NCBI RefSeq assembly: GCF_006345805.1
Contig: NC_042998.1
Span: forward strand, 161,510,001-161,574,000
Source of the DNA: Octopus sinensis
Taxonomy: Eukaryota
DNA: 64,000 nt
Direction of reading: 5' to 3'
Shown: piece by piece, positions 26,501 through 40,042 of the stretch
Layout: each line of letters starts with the position of its first letter
How positions within the stretch are numbered: the first letter of the stretch is position 1
The notes under the pieces: model-generated
Databases searched by the model: none
What the model was told of the DNA's origin: nothing
Seen by the model: only the letters and a program-made list of their open reading frames with translations
Position numbers and translations under genes: made by a program

Positions 26501-29500
26501 TGTCACTAAATTATTCATTAAGCATAAATGAAAAACTTTGTCTTTAATTCATTTACTATGTACAGTTGTGCTTTAAAGTTTAATTGGTTAATTAAATCAT
26601 TTAATTCCTTCTTAAGAACTTAAAAGTATGTATCAAGAGCAAATACATATTTCATATCTTAAACACCACTAAATACCCCTTTAGATTTAGATATGTAAAG
26701 TATACCAACAGTTTGAAAAAGAAGGCAGTGAACTTAGGGTTTAATTTGCTTACAATTTGACCAGCTCTTGAAAATTATATACACACCTTAATTTATACTT
26801 ATTGAATAAGATACAACTATACACTATTAATATCCAGCACAAGTCCACATGTTCAAACAAAGGAAGAGTCTACATATTCAAACAAATGAACCAATATATT
26901 CATCTGATTAATATTGAATTCACTCATTTTCACTTTTCATTTAATATTCTAATAACACTTTATTATAATTTAAATACACAAAGTCAGATGAAATGGGTTC
27001 AAATTCTATGGCTATTTTAGGTAATCAAACGGCTGTATCTGAGAACTAACTATAAAATACATCAGAAAACCTTTCTACTGTCTACATAACTACATAAAAT
27101 CACATCAATATGGGATCAAATATATAAATCCTACTAAATGCTTTTTTTTAAAAAATAAAAATATATAACATGATACTAAGGAAGTGGAAGTACTGAAACT
27201 TTATTTTTTTAAAAAATTTTGCAAAAACTGAAATAAGTGAAATGCAAAAACATTTGATAAATTCTAGCAAAGAGACGTATATGCAAAGAGATACAGGCTT
27301 TGTGTGAATGCTACTAATGATTTAGCATCTAAACTGGCCATATCCAGCTCAAATATTCTACCTGTTTAATGTTCAAATCAGCTAGATCTAGCCTCTCTCA
27401 CCTACCCTACAATGTACTTCTTAAAATAAACAATTATTTTATAGATATCTTGAAACTACAAGATAATGGAAGATTAATTCAAAACAATGGGATTAATTCT
27501 AAAGCATTAAGCATTACATTTGACTAATTAATCTGAATGCTAAAGGTTTAAAATTGTGGTCTAACAGTCAGGGAACTTAATTTCACCCCTTTATGCTCAA
27601 AAGTCTAATCCTGTTAGGATTGACTTTAGCTTTCAACATTCCAGTGTCAATAAACAAGGACATATGACTTTTATTAGTATTTTGACTTATGCAGATTTAG
27701 TGTCAGCACTATTATGAATTAGTGTCTGCATTACTATAAATTCTTTTCTACTCTAAGCACAAGACCCGAAATTTTGAGGGAGGGGGGCCGGTCGATTACA
27801 TCGACCCCAGTGCGTAACTGGTACTTAATTTATCGACCCCAAAAGGATGAAAGGCAAAGTTGACCATAGCGGAATTTGAACTCAAAACATAGCGACAGAC
27901 AAAATACTATAAATACTAGTATTACTATAAACTAGTGTTAAAAAGGTTGTTTAGTTGCTTCCTATAAATTACATACCTTAATTAAATTTTAAAAGGAACT
28001 GGTTCTCTTCTTAAAACATGGTATTTACAAGAATCAAAGATAAATCAAAGGATGTATTCTCTATCAGAAGCTCTAATTACATAATTCATTCAAATTTGCT
28101 TTTATATGGTTAATTTTTTATTCCAGCTTCACACCCTCTACACAAACAAGAACTCTGAAATATGAGCCCAAGTTTAATGGGGATGAAAAGACTTCAAGCG
28201 TAAACACAAAAGACCAGGTCAAAGAAAAATTATAAACATAAATTGTCTGAAATTTTGGAGATGAAGAATTATCATAATTTCACACTAATAAAGGATAGTG
28301 AATATATTCTGATCCAAGTGGAGTGAAGTGGCATCAGAAGTAGAATAACAAATAGAGAAATATCCCTGGTATGGACAACAGAAAAAGAACTCTCTACACT
28401 CATATATTTAGTAAAGGGTTTGGTTTGAAATTCAGAGACTGTTGCTGAATACAACCAGAGAGTATACTGGCAGAATCACAGTGACTATAACAAGCAAAAT
28501 AAGAACGCTAGCTTAAATATATCAGTGTATAGTAATCTTTTCTATTTTAGTGACAAGACCTGAAATTATGGGAGAGGGGGCAAGTTGATTACATTGACCC
28601 CAGTGCCCAACTGGTACTTATTTTATTGATCAAGAAAGGATGAAAGGTAAGGTCAGTCTCAGCAAAATTTGGACTCAGAGTGTCAAGACAGATGAAATGC
28701 CACTAACGAAGTTATCCAATGTGCTAACAATTCTGCCAGCTCACCATCTTATATAATGGTTTCTATTATAGGTATAAGACTTGAAACTTGGTAGTATTAA
28801 GCAATCAAATTGACCTCATTACTTGACTTGCACTTTTTTGCTGGAAGACAAAGTCGACCTTGGTGGGAGTTGAACTCAGAATGAAAAGACATGGAATAAA
28901 GAGGTGCTTTTACCAGCTCTCTATTGATTCTACCAATACACCACCCTTGTCACTAAAAAATAATACCTACAGTAGATGGACATGGATCAATAATTTACAA
29001 TTTTTCATCTCTTCTACTGGCATCTTCACTCAAATTTCAAACTTCTGAAACTTAAAACCTCTTCCTTGCATCTAAACTCCATCCATCATAATTTCTAAAA
29101 TTTCCATTCCACCCATAACAGGTTATTTTTAACTACTCCTTTATCTCGCTACAATCTCCAATAAGTTCTCCTTAATCTGATGACAATCTTCAACAAATAT
29201 TAAAACCAACTAACACATAGCAAAAATACTTTCACATTTCATCTTTCTGAGAGCAAAAAACCCCATTCCCTTTGATTCTTTTGATAGCATGTTCCGAGAA
29301 TTTTGAAACACAGCTACTTTCAACTGGCTTACCAAAGATTATGCAGGCACATTATTCTATTTTTTCTTCTTCAAGTCAAAGAAGGCTTGTACAACAACAA
29401 ATTGAAGTGGTCCACTAAAATGCTTGGCAATCAAGAGCAGCCAGCATAATTTTTGTATCTTTTGAAAGAACTGCATCTTCATGAAGGCTGTGGGTTGGCA

Positions 29501-31499
29501 GAATTGTTAGAGCCTCTGATAACATGCCTTGTATTATCTCTTCCACCACTTTACATTCTGTGTTCAAAATCCCAATGAGGTCAGCTTTGCCTTTCATCCT
29601 ATCAGAGTTGATAAAATAAAGTAACAGTCAAGTGCTGGGGTCAAGAGGTATCAACTAACCCATTGATCTAATTTGCTGGAGTTGTAAATTAGAAATCTCC
29701 ATCAAATAAAAATATATTCCTTATATCCATCAAATATTTAACTGACTCCCCAATTTCTGCTGTGAGTATATTTTCTCTTGTAGAAGATATGTCAACCAAT
29801 ATTATTGAACTAACAATATAGCTAAAGGAACATATCTTGAGAAAGAGAAATTTCTGCATACTAAATATAAATATGTGGAGGCACGTGGTTTAGTGGTTAG
29901 GGTGTCAGCATCATGATTGTAAGATTGTGATTTTGATTCCTGGACCGGGCGACGTGTTGTGTTCTTGAGCAAAACACTTCTTTCACGTTGCTCCAGTCCA
30001 CTCTGCTGGCAAAAATGATTAACGCTGTGATGGACTGGTGTCCTGTCCAGCTGGGGAACATATGCACCATTGAAACTGGGAAACCGGGCCCATGAGCCTG
30101 GCTAGGCTTTAAAAGGGAGCAAAAACAAAATATATATAAATATAGTAGAGATTCATATATGTAATAGAGTGGATTAAAAAAAATTTAACTTAGATTACCT
30201 AAGCAATTAGTAGTCAAAAGAACCAACATCCAGGAGCACAGGGAATTTTTGTTAGATAATCTCAATTGCTTAACATTTTCAACTCCTTATATTCCCCATA
30301 TGAAACCCTATTGTGTTTGTACTTTATAATGCAGAATACCTACCATCCTTATTGTTTATAGTCATAATCAGCATCACAACATTCTATTTCTGAATATGTT
30401 GCTCAGTTCTTAGTTATACCAACAGAGTATAATATTCTTTACTAGAGAGGTATAATAAGACTGGAACATGACAGTTGCTTTCATTTGTTGGGATTGAAAA
30501 CAAGGTCCACTACTCCAGTCTACATTGTCTATGTTCTTTAAATAAAAACTACTTGAAATTATTAGATTTTAAATATCTATAGATCGAAATTTTGTTGAGT
30601 AATTTCTTGCATAATCTCAATTGAAAAAAATTTTTTTCAATTTGATTAATTATGCATATGAGACTGTAATTCTTGAATCATCATTCTCTATAACTTTTGT
30701 GCTATTGGCTCAATCAGATGACCACTCACTACAAAATTCTAGCATCTGCTTTTTCATGTTTTATAAATAACTCACTAAAACCTTATGTTTTTGACATAAT
30801 ATTTTCACATATCCATATTATGTGGTCCCCAATACAACTGAAATAGCTAGTTCTTGTAATACAGAGCTATGAAACTACTGCTTTGAAATGTATTCCTATC
30901 ATTAATCTCAAACATAGTGCTTTCATTTCCACTAAAATATGTAACCTGTCTTTCTAGAAATACATCAACTCCAAAATATGAAAAAAAAATATGGAACATA
31001 AATTTTCTAGTGCATCTAATTATTAACATATTTTATGTGGTGTAGATTGTGGTGGTGGTGGCGATTATAGCATGTAATCTGAATCATTATCCTATTATAT
31101 CAATCATTATTTTCATTGATGAAGCATTGAATTCTCAAGGGTTCTTATTTCGTGCATACTTACTAATGGAGCCTAGTCTTATAGAATTATATATTATAAT
31201 AAATCATGATATTTGTAAAGTGTATGAGCATCTAAAAGTAAATTGGACTTTCCTAGTTGGCTCACTCAATCACCATTTTCAAGGACTTCCAAGTGGCCTG
31301 TATAGTTCTAGCGACACGCATACTTACATCCAAACACACATAAGGTATGTGAAACAAAAATACCTTGTACTGATTTTGTAAAAAGTAATGCACACTTTGC
31401 CATTTTATCTTTTACAAGTTTGCCAAAGTCAAATTTCTGATTTCACTAAAATGCCTAAGTATGTACATACATATGTATCTCTGCCTCTCTCTCTCACTC

Positions 31500-31534
<35 letters not shown>

Positions 31535-31549
31535 TTATGTAGAAAAATA

Positions 31550-32330
31550 CAAACTGGGACAAGAACGTAAAACATTTAGAAGACGATACAAAAAACACGG
31601 ACGGGACATTCAAAGCCTTCAATCATCAGTCAAGAACCGGATCATCGTAGCAATTTCGGCTGATTAATCTTGAGATCGCTCCGATCCGGCCAGCCCCTAG
31701 GAAAAACTAATCTACGAGCATTAGATTTCTTGGAAGAAGGATCGAATGTATACGAAATAGGGACAGAAAAACGGACGATGCCACACGAATATAAAGTACA
31801 AAAAACAATAATGGTAAAAACAGGACAAAAACAGCGGGTGTCTTACGACTAATAAACAGTACAAGTTTAGCTGGCGTATTTTGAAAAAATGCCTTTATCG
31901 GCAGACGAAGACAACAGATGTTTTCACGGCAGTGGTCGGAGGCCAAAAGGCTGATTTTGACCAGCGGTCACGTGACAGAAGAAAGAGAAAAGAAAGGGGG
32001 CAAAGGAAACAAAGAGAGAGAGAGAGAGAGAAAGAGGGACGAAGGCAACAAAGGGGGGAGAAGAGAGAGAAAGAAGGAATTAAAGAGGGGAGAAGAAAGA
32101 GTGCGTGCCAAGAAGGGCTAGTGAGTGCAAGGTGAGAAAGACAGAGAATTGTGAGAGAGTGGGGGGAAGAGTAGACCAAAGAATCAGAGGCAAGAAAAGA
32201 GAAAAGGAGAAGTAGAGGGAGAGAGAGAAGGGGACAGATCAAAGTAGAGTGCAAAGTGTGAAAGGCAGAGAAATGTAGGAGAGAGAGACAGTGTGTAGAG
32301 TCGTACCAAATTTTATAGGAATATGTTCTT
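31550..32330 (-). mobile_element. PLE-associated repeat (terminal-repeat-like, purine-rich tail) carrying hammerhead core strands
   Basis: CpG-rich non-unique-looking sequence containing CAGCCGAAA and CTGATGA on the minus strand; PLE assignment is by analogy to the 48.2 kb repeat. Confidence 0.45.
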
Positions 32331-32340
32331 ACATACAAGG

Positions 32341-32407
<67 letters not shown>

Positions 32408-33121
32408 ACACACACACTCCAAGTGTACATTATAAATCTACTATGGCTAATCTTACTAATCGGTTTTGCACTGAGTGCTCAACCAGATGTTAGGTTACAG
32501 TTTGATTATGTAACCCTGCACTCATCAGACATGGCAGTTATGGAAGAAAGTATGGCGACTGCCATATTTCACCATATTTTCTTCCATAGCTGTTAACTCT
32601 GATGAACACAAGGTGACATAACTGGGCTGTTATCTAACATCTGGTTGAACCCTTGGTGCAAAATATATTGGTAAGATCGCTCCTCATGCATATATGATAA
32701 TCAATCTATTGACAAATATACGAGTGCATATTTTTCTGACATATGGATTCTCATGATATGTGTGTGTGTTCTTTTAATGGCGTTGTCATATCAGCACAGA
32801 AAACGGCAGGCCCATAGTTTCAAACGGTCAACGAATACTGTCTGGGGATGGCATTCATAGTGGACCTTATTGAAATTAACTTTCAGGATGACATACTTTA
32901 GGCAAGCTCAAAATCGTTGACCCTGTCAAGAAACTTGATGGGACCCGATTATACCCTCATATTTAATCCCCAACTTCCAAACATTAACAAGTGTGAACTA
33001 ATAACCGTCAGAAAAAAAATAAATGCATTACTGTTCGGTGAATCTGTCCTCAACGGGGCAACGGAATACTTCGATGAGGCTCTATCACGTAACTGATACC
33101 ATGAAAGACTAATGTACTCAC

Positions 33122-33198
33122 TAACACCATCTAAAAACCATTTCAAACATTCTAGAGTCCATCATAAACAATGGTTTAAAGCCCAGACTGCAAAACAT
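33122..33198 (-). CDS. Candidate first coding exon of a minus-strand host gene
   Basis: aaaATG, open frame MFCSLGFKPLFMMDSRMFEMVFRWC+TA, donor |gtgagt; NRF1-like CGCATGCGCA at 33245-33254; lies near the CpG-rich/CpG-poor boundary. Confidence 0.22.
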
Positions 33199-33244
33199 TT
33201 TCCAAACTGCATGTCGGGTACCATAAGTCACAAACCTTTTGCAA

Positions 33245-33254
33245 CGCATGCGCA
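33245..33254. promoter_or_regulatory. NRF1-like motif (GCGCATGCG type)
   Basis: AACGCATGCGCACG in unique, CpG-retaining sequence. Confidence 0.3.
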
Positions 33255-34199
33255 CGCACACATCTCTTCAGTAGCTTGTCGAGTCTTTTGGTTACGTGGA
33301 TATAACTTTTGTTTTAGAATATTGTTAAACGATCCATTGTGTTTCTATGACACGCTGGTCGTCTCAATGTCGATCTGTAAACAGAACCGATAACTAATAC
33401 TTTCGCCAGAAGCTGAACGAGGTGAAACAACAGCAACAACAATTACCACATCAACTACAGTGACACCAATCCCCCAAAGATAAATGGAGATACCCTGACT
33501 GCAATGAAAGAATTGTTATGACAGATATTACCTGAAAACTTCAATTCTGACATATTAATAGGATGTACGAATACTAACAGAAATCAGTCAATATCAACAC
33601 AGTATATGGTGCTGTACATTTCGAAGGTGCGTGCTTTTGGTGCTTAGTTATTCGGTTCATGATCGTTAGGTCCTGGGTTCGATTCCCGGAGGTGCGTTGT
33701 GTCCTTGAATAAGACACTTTATTTCTCGTTGCTCTCGTCCACCCAGCTGGCGAAAATGAGTTGTGCCTGTAGTTCAATAGGCTAGCCTTGTCACAATCGG
33801 TATGTCACACTGAATCTCCCAGAGAACTACGTTAAAGGTACATGTGTCTGTGGCGTGCTTAGCCAACTGTACGTTAATTTCGCGAAAAAATGTTCCATTG
33901 TTGGGATCAACTGGAACACTCGTCGTCGTAACCGACGGAGTGCCCAGTTGTACAATTGGACACAGAATAAACATTTACTTCTTAAATTACCACCGATGTA
34001 TGCCGTATTCAATAATATCAATCGTCCATCAGAAATTGAGAAAAAAATTTTCAGACAAATTAGATACAAATTAGCGAATAAACATTAGTAACAATAATAA
34101 CTCTCTTATAATGATGATGGTAGCTAGCAAATACTAGCCCTAGTTGTAACCCTAACCAAAATGCAAAACTCGCTGCTAATGATGGTAAAAACAATACTA

Positions 34200-35220
34200 A
34201 TAACTCTTAAATCTCTTCAAACCCGCCTCGAAATTATATGATATGAAACGATATGAAACTCTGGCACCCTACCAATGATCAAAAAGAAAAAAATCTGCAT
34301 CCTGTCATATCCAGATGAGGGAACAAGAAGCAAAATTTTTAATGGCTTGGTTGGGGAAAAAGGTAAATTCTAAAGTAGTACAATAGAAATACAAAAGAAA
34401 ACCTGGAATGCAGGAACCCTATCGACTTGTCATTAGAGTCATAAGCGCCAGTGAAAGCTGAGACAACGCATTAAAATAGAGAAATGGTTTGCTTGGCCAC
34501 AGACAATGCACGTACACAGATTGCCAAACTATGTCCAGTTGCTGCAACGACATATTAATGACATGAGAGAAGTACCACTGCCGGAGCACTAACATGCGGA
34601 AAAGCTGTTTACTGTCCATATGACTTCTTACAATTTCCGCCTGCTAATATCAAGCTAACAATAAAATACATCTAGGGACCTAGAAACTACCACCATCACC
34701 TCTCCTAGCCTATTGCTGGATCTCCAGCCCATTTATAGACCCAGTATCTTTAGCAGATACAGATTGTCATATTTCCTTTCAATAGTCATACGTTCACTAA
34801 CAGAAATACATTTAGGTATCAGTGATAGCAATAAAATGATCAGCAACAGAATTAATGAATGCAATCACTCCTGCAGCTTTACAGACTGCATTGTATGTAC
34901 CATGGACGTAGTATCCCTATATCCATCGATCAATATTGATTTTACGGTAGGGAAATGAGTGGTGACTTGCGAGATTGATGTTGTTTTGCAATGCCAATAT
35001 CAATGAGCTAGGACTTCTCAAAAAACTGACATGTGATAATAAATAAACAAACACGAAGTATAAAAAAAGTTTTGCCCCACCAGACCAGAACATAGTGGAC
35101 CAGTCTCAATAATCCTAGTTGTAATAATGATCTTCACTGAACACTAAATAGGATGCACTAAACTCACCCAAACTCGAATGAACAACGATCAAATACGATA
35201 TAACATGCAATTGGTGCCAG
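34200..35220 (+). mobile_element. Decayed Penelope-like element fragments (RT, possibly GIY-YIG)
   Basis: CIVCTMDVVSLYPSINID (PLE RT motif SxDVxSLY/FxxI) at about 34890-34945; weaker KLYD-type remnant near 34230. Confidence 0.55.
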
Positions 35221-35700
35221 AATAAAAATGACACTGAAGCACCGTATATTTGGGCTCAATAATAATACTAATTCTGTCTACAATAGGCACAAAACCTGAA
35301 ATTTTGCGAGAGGGGTTAAGTCGATTACATTGACTTCCAGTGAGTACGTAAATGATACTTATCGACTGCAAAAGGATGAAAGGCAAAGTCGGTCGCCGCG
35401 GAATTTTGATTTAGAACATAAAGATGGATGACTGTCGCTAAACATTTTGTCCGGCGTTCTAACAATTCTGCCAGCTCACCACCTTATATAATATATCATA
35501 TACTAAAGAAACGGATGTTGCGACATAAGTCAGCATTGTTAAAGACGTAGCTAACAGCTTCATTATATTATGAAATAAACAATAGAGACAGTACTTAACA
35601 GAGAGATCTATACGTACTTATAATAATGATTTACTATATGTAAATGACATAAACTTAATGATTAAAACTCTGAAGATATTCTGGAATTAGTGAAATGTAT

Positions 35701-36790
35701 TGTAGAAAACAGTGTTGTAACCCCGTTTCTAATCCGCCACTCACTGCGATCTTGTACTTCCGGTCTTCATTCTGTATCACTTCCTTCCACAGTATATAAA
35801 TTTCCCAACTAATTTAAGTCGGCTTAAATTCGTTCTTAATTTCTTAAGATCGAATAAAACCTTTGGTCGCCGCACATTCCGCGTCCACATACAATATGCT
35901 TTTATTCACTCTTCAGAACGGTAATGAAACTGAAAATCTTTTGAAAAAGATTTGTTGACGAGCCGTCAGAAGAAAATTAACAATTATTTGTGAAAAAAAG
36001 TTACACGTGTACATCGAGCAAACAAAACTACTTACCGAATTGCATTTAGACGTACTTTTAGTTCTTTGCTAATTAAGTTGTCGAGGAGTGTACTTCGTTC
36101 CAGGAAGACGCCTATCTCGATAAAAAGTTTATCAAAAACTCGTGTTCTGTCATGGCTCAACACAGACTACGTAACTACAATCAAGCAGAAGACCAATCGA
36201 TATAAGGCTTACTATTAGACCTAAAAAAAAACTTGCAAGGAAGTGTCATATACAGTCTCTACGTGCAGAACAACGCCATGGTTTACTAATTCACAATGGT
36301 TTCATTTCAGGAATAAATTCATCGACCAGTCATCAATGGTTACTTGAGTCTACCGAAGATGACCGAGAATCATTGGAAAAAATTGCTTTAAGCATTGAAC
36401 TGGCCAACGAGGATGCAAGGAACTTGACAAGAATGAATCCTCCATACCTTCCAGTTCTAGCAGCTTCAAGAAAACAATCCTGCTATTGGTGTGGTGAACC
36501 TATTCCCCCAAAATCAACATGACCAACTAAAAACTCTACCTGTAATATCTGCCGTCGAAAAGGAACTGGGCAACCATTTGCATGACAACGAAACCAATTC
36601 CTTTCAAGCTGAAGGTCGCCATGATCAGAACAAAAAGTAATGCTGATCCCGAAAATAATTCAACTGACGATAATTGTGCTTCAGTTTTACAGCTGGCGGC
36701 CGTCGAGGAACGAACAAAACTCATTAAAGTTAAGGTAAACGATCACATGACACACGGTATCTACTGGATAATGGATCAGATAGGACCTTT
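35701..36790 (+). mobile_element. Truncated Gypsy-type LTR retroelement: 5' LTR, gag with zinc knuckles, protease start
   Basis: LTR-like TG..CA segment about 35701-35893 with TATATAAA and AATAAA; FISGINSS..HQWLLES..LEKIALSIELA..SCYWCG..STCNICRRKG(fs)WATIC; YLLDNGS protease motif near 36765. Confidence 0.75.
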
Positions 36791-37133
36791 ATGTGGGTAA
36801 CAAATAAACTTATTGCAAGCCTTTCCCCTTCTCTCTCTCTCTCACCAGTTTTTATACTGCAACCAATAAAAGTCAATGAAAATAAAAAAATAAAAATGTC
36901 TACATCGGAAATAAGACCATAACACAATGATTACATACACAAGTGTCACCACATACATACTTGACAACCTATTAATCATAAGAACGAAAAAAATTAGTTA
37001 CTGATTGATAGATCATTGATAAGATCACAGTAGTGTGACGGAAATTTCTGACAAACTGATTAGTAAACTAATCAACGAAATAAAGAAGTTGACCACAAGT
37101 GCATGTATTTTTACGACCCTCCCTGAATACAGT

Positions 37134-37171
<38 letters not shown>

Positions 37172-37338
37172 CTTTCGTAGCTACATACCTGCAATATACT
37201 ACCAGCATGGTTGTTTTACCTCAATGTGAACCCTGTTATGGTACCCTACATTTGTAGCGTCCTACTTGTAGATGCACCTAGATTCTAACGAACCCTATGG
37301 CTAATATGTATATACGCACACACACACATTCACATATA

Positions 37339-37680
37339 TCTCTCTATATATAAACGGCAGTTTGTCTGTGCGTGTTTCTGTGTGTCTGTTTGCTTGTACC
37401 CTCACCCTGACCACGGCTTTCAACCGATTCTGATGAAACTTGACACACACATAGCCCAATGTCATAATTCAAAACTAACGCAGCGAAAATTTTGAAAAGT
37501 TCCCCCAGTTCTGAAAAAAATCGATAAATTCGACATGGGGTCGAGAATCAGGAACACAAACCACAAACTGTGTAGGGGACTCCACCTTTTTTAACTATCA
37601 AAAAAAAATTTACCATAATTTTTTTATGCTTTATAGTTATTTCCCTTACAAACCTGAGCAACGCCGGGCGATACTGCTAG
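37339..37680 (+). mobile_element. Non-autonomous Helitron (about 340 bp)
   Basis: A|TC start (ATCTCTCTATATATAAAC), subterminal CCTGAGCAACGCCGGG hairpin, CTAG|T end, no TSD. Confidence 0.85.
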
Positions 37681-37706
37681 TCTATATATAAATGCTCTCA
37701 TATATA

Positions 37707-38275
37707 CGAGGGTCGGCTGAAAAGTTCATAGGTTGACCAACATACTTTCATGGAATGCGACCGAATGAGATTTATTTATCATCTTAAGCCCTCTTACGGG
37801 ACACACATTTCTTCCATCAGTATTGCAGTGCTTGGATCCCCTTGGTGAAGAAGCCTTCATCCTGTTGCTCAAAAAAGCCATCAACAGCAGATATGACGTC
37901 ATCATCACTGTGATACTGGTTCTCAGTCAAGTGTTTCTTTCATGTTGGGGAACAGATGATAGTCATATAGAGGTAAATCAAGAGAGTAGGGATGGTGATC
38001 TCCTTAATGCAGCGACCATATCCGCATGGATGTCCTCGGAGGCTAAACCGACTTTTCTGTAGGTACTCAATAACACCACGGTGCCAAATTTTCTCCATCT
38101 TCACAAGAAGTCGCTACTAGTTACTTTGAAGCTTTATTTTGAACTGTTAGATATCAATTTATCTGGAAAGAAACAATGCAACTATTAATAAGAATTGAAA
38201 TGAACGTATGCAAGATTCCACAGCTATAGCGTCACTCCTTCATAGTCAGCCTATGAACTTCTCGGCTCACCCTCG
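37707..38275 (-). mobile_element. Mariner-derived MITE (569 bp)
   Basis: TA|CGAGGGTCGGCTGAAAAGTTCATAGGTTGAC ... GTCAGCCTATGAACTTCTCGGCTCACCCTCG; minus remnant FFEQQDEGFFTKGIQALQY*WKKCV. Confidence 0.85.
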
Positions 38276-38282
38276 TGTGTAT

Positions 38283-38491
38283 ACACACACACACACATCA
38301 TATATAATATATATATAGGCGCAGGATTGCCACATGTGTGACTGTTTGGTAAGTAGCTTCCTTGCCCACCACATGGTTCCGAGTTCAGTCCCACTGCATG
38401 GCACCTTGGGCAAGTGTCTTCTACTATAATCTCGGGCCGACCAAGGCCTTGTGAATGGATTTGGCAGACGGAAACTGAAAGAAGCTCGTCG

Positions 38492-38528
<37 letters not shown>

Positions 38529-38785
38529 ACCTCCACCATCGCTTGACAACCGATGTTGGTGTGTTTACGTCCACGTAACTTAGCGGTTCGGCAAAAGAGA
38601 CCGATAGAATAAGTACTACGCTTACAAAGAATAAGTCGATTTGTTCGACTAAAGATGGTGCTCCAGCATGGCTGCAGTTAAATGACAAATAAAAGAATAA
38701 AAATATAACAATTTAGTAGTTACAATGTTATCAGTGTGCTTAACCTTCTTAAAGAAACATTGACTTTTATACACACACACACATC

Positions 38786-38829
<44 letters not shown>

Positions 38830-39198
38830 CGCAGGAGTGCCACATGTGTGACTGTGTGGTAAGTAGCTTCCTTGCCGACCACATGGTTCCGAGTTCAGTC
38901 CCACTGCATGGCACCTTGGGCAAGTGTCTTCTACTATAGTCTCGGGCCGACCAAGGCCTTGTGAATGGATTTGGCAGACGGAAACTGAAAGAAGCTCGTC
39001 GTATATATATATATATATATATATAGGCGCAGGAGTGCCACATGTGTGACTGTGTGGTAAGTAGCTTCCTTGCCGACCACATGGTTCCGAGTTCAGTCCC
39101 ACTGCATGGCACCTTGGGCAAGTGTCTTCTACTATAGTCTCGGGCCGACCAAGGCCTTGTGAATGGATTTGGCAGACGGAAACTGAAAGAAGCTCGTC

Positions 39199-39278
<80 letters not shown>

Positions 39279-39524
39279 CTGTACCCCCACCATCGCTTGA
39301 CAACCGATGTTGGTGTGTTTACGTCCACGTAACTTAGCGGTTCGGCAAAAGAGACCGATAGAATAAGTACTACGCTTACAAAGAATAAGTCGATTTGTTC
39401 GACTAAAGATGGTGCTCCAGCATGGCTGCAGTTAAATGACAAATAAAAGAATAAAAATATAACAATTTAGTAGTTACAATGTTATCAGTGTGCTTAACCT
39501 TCTTAAAGAAACATTGACTTTTAT
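38283..39524 (+). repeat. Tandem duplication of a family A SINE plus about 80 bp unique flank, with internal re-duplication of the SINE 5' half
   Basis: 38283-38770 matches 38771-39524; 38827-39001 matches 39025-39199. Confidence 0.92.
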
Positions 39525-39536
39525 AAAGCGTAGATA

Positions 39537-40042
39537 CAGTAATACCTCACTTTATGGAGGACCCGCTTTACGAGACCCTGAGTTTGAGTTTTATCTTTCA
39601 AGTACAAGATTCAAATTTTGAACGAAGTACGAAAGATTCTACTACCATAGCAAATGCTTCTGCGTGTTACAGAGAACAAAAAAAAAAATTTACTAAGCTA
39701 CAACTCTAGACTTATTTTTTAAAAAGAAATCTACAAGTCCGTCTACGAATGCTTGTGAATCAGCTATCGCGTCTACAAGGATGGTGTGTGCGAGTCTAGC
39801 GCGAGTGAAAATGATTCAGAAAACGATTATAATATTTTTTATTATAAATGATCTTGACATTCTTTACATTCTACTGTTTTTTAGTGCCATTTATTTACTA
39901 GTATTATAAATTTTACAGGTAAAATATTCTTTCTGGTATCGAAATACGATTTATAACATTGCTACTATGGGAAATTATTGCGAGTTTTCGGTTTACGAGT
40001 GGCCTCCGGGAACAAATTGACTCGTATATCGAGGCATTACTG
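39537..40042. mobile_element. Tigger/pogo-like MITE
   Basis: TA|CAGTAATACCTC ... GAGGCATTACTG|TA. Confidence 0.75.

Noticed and set aside
38720-39442. 240-aa and 178-aa ORFs with internal repeats
   Set aside because: Antisense read-through of the duplicated SINE and (TA)n.
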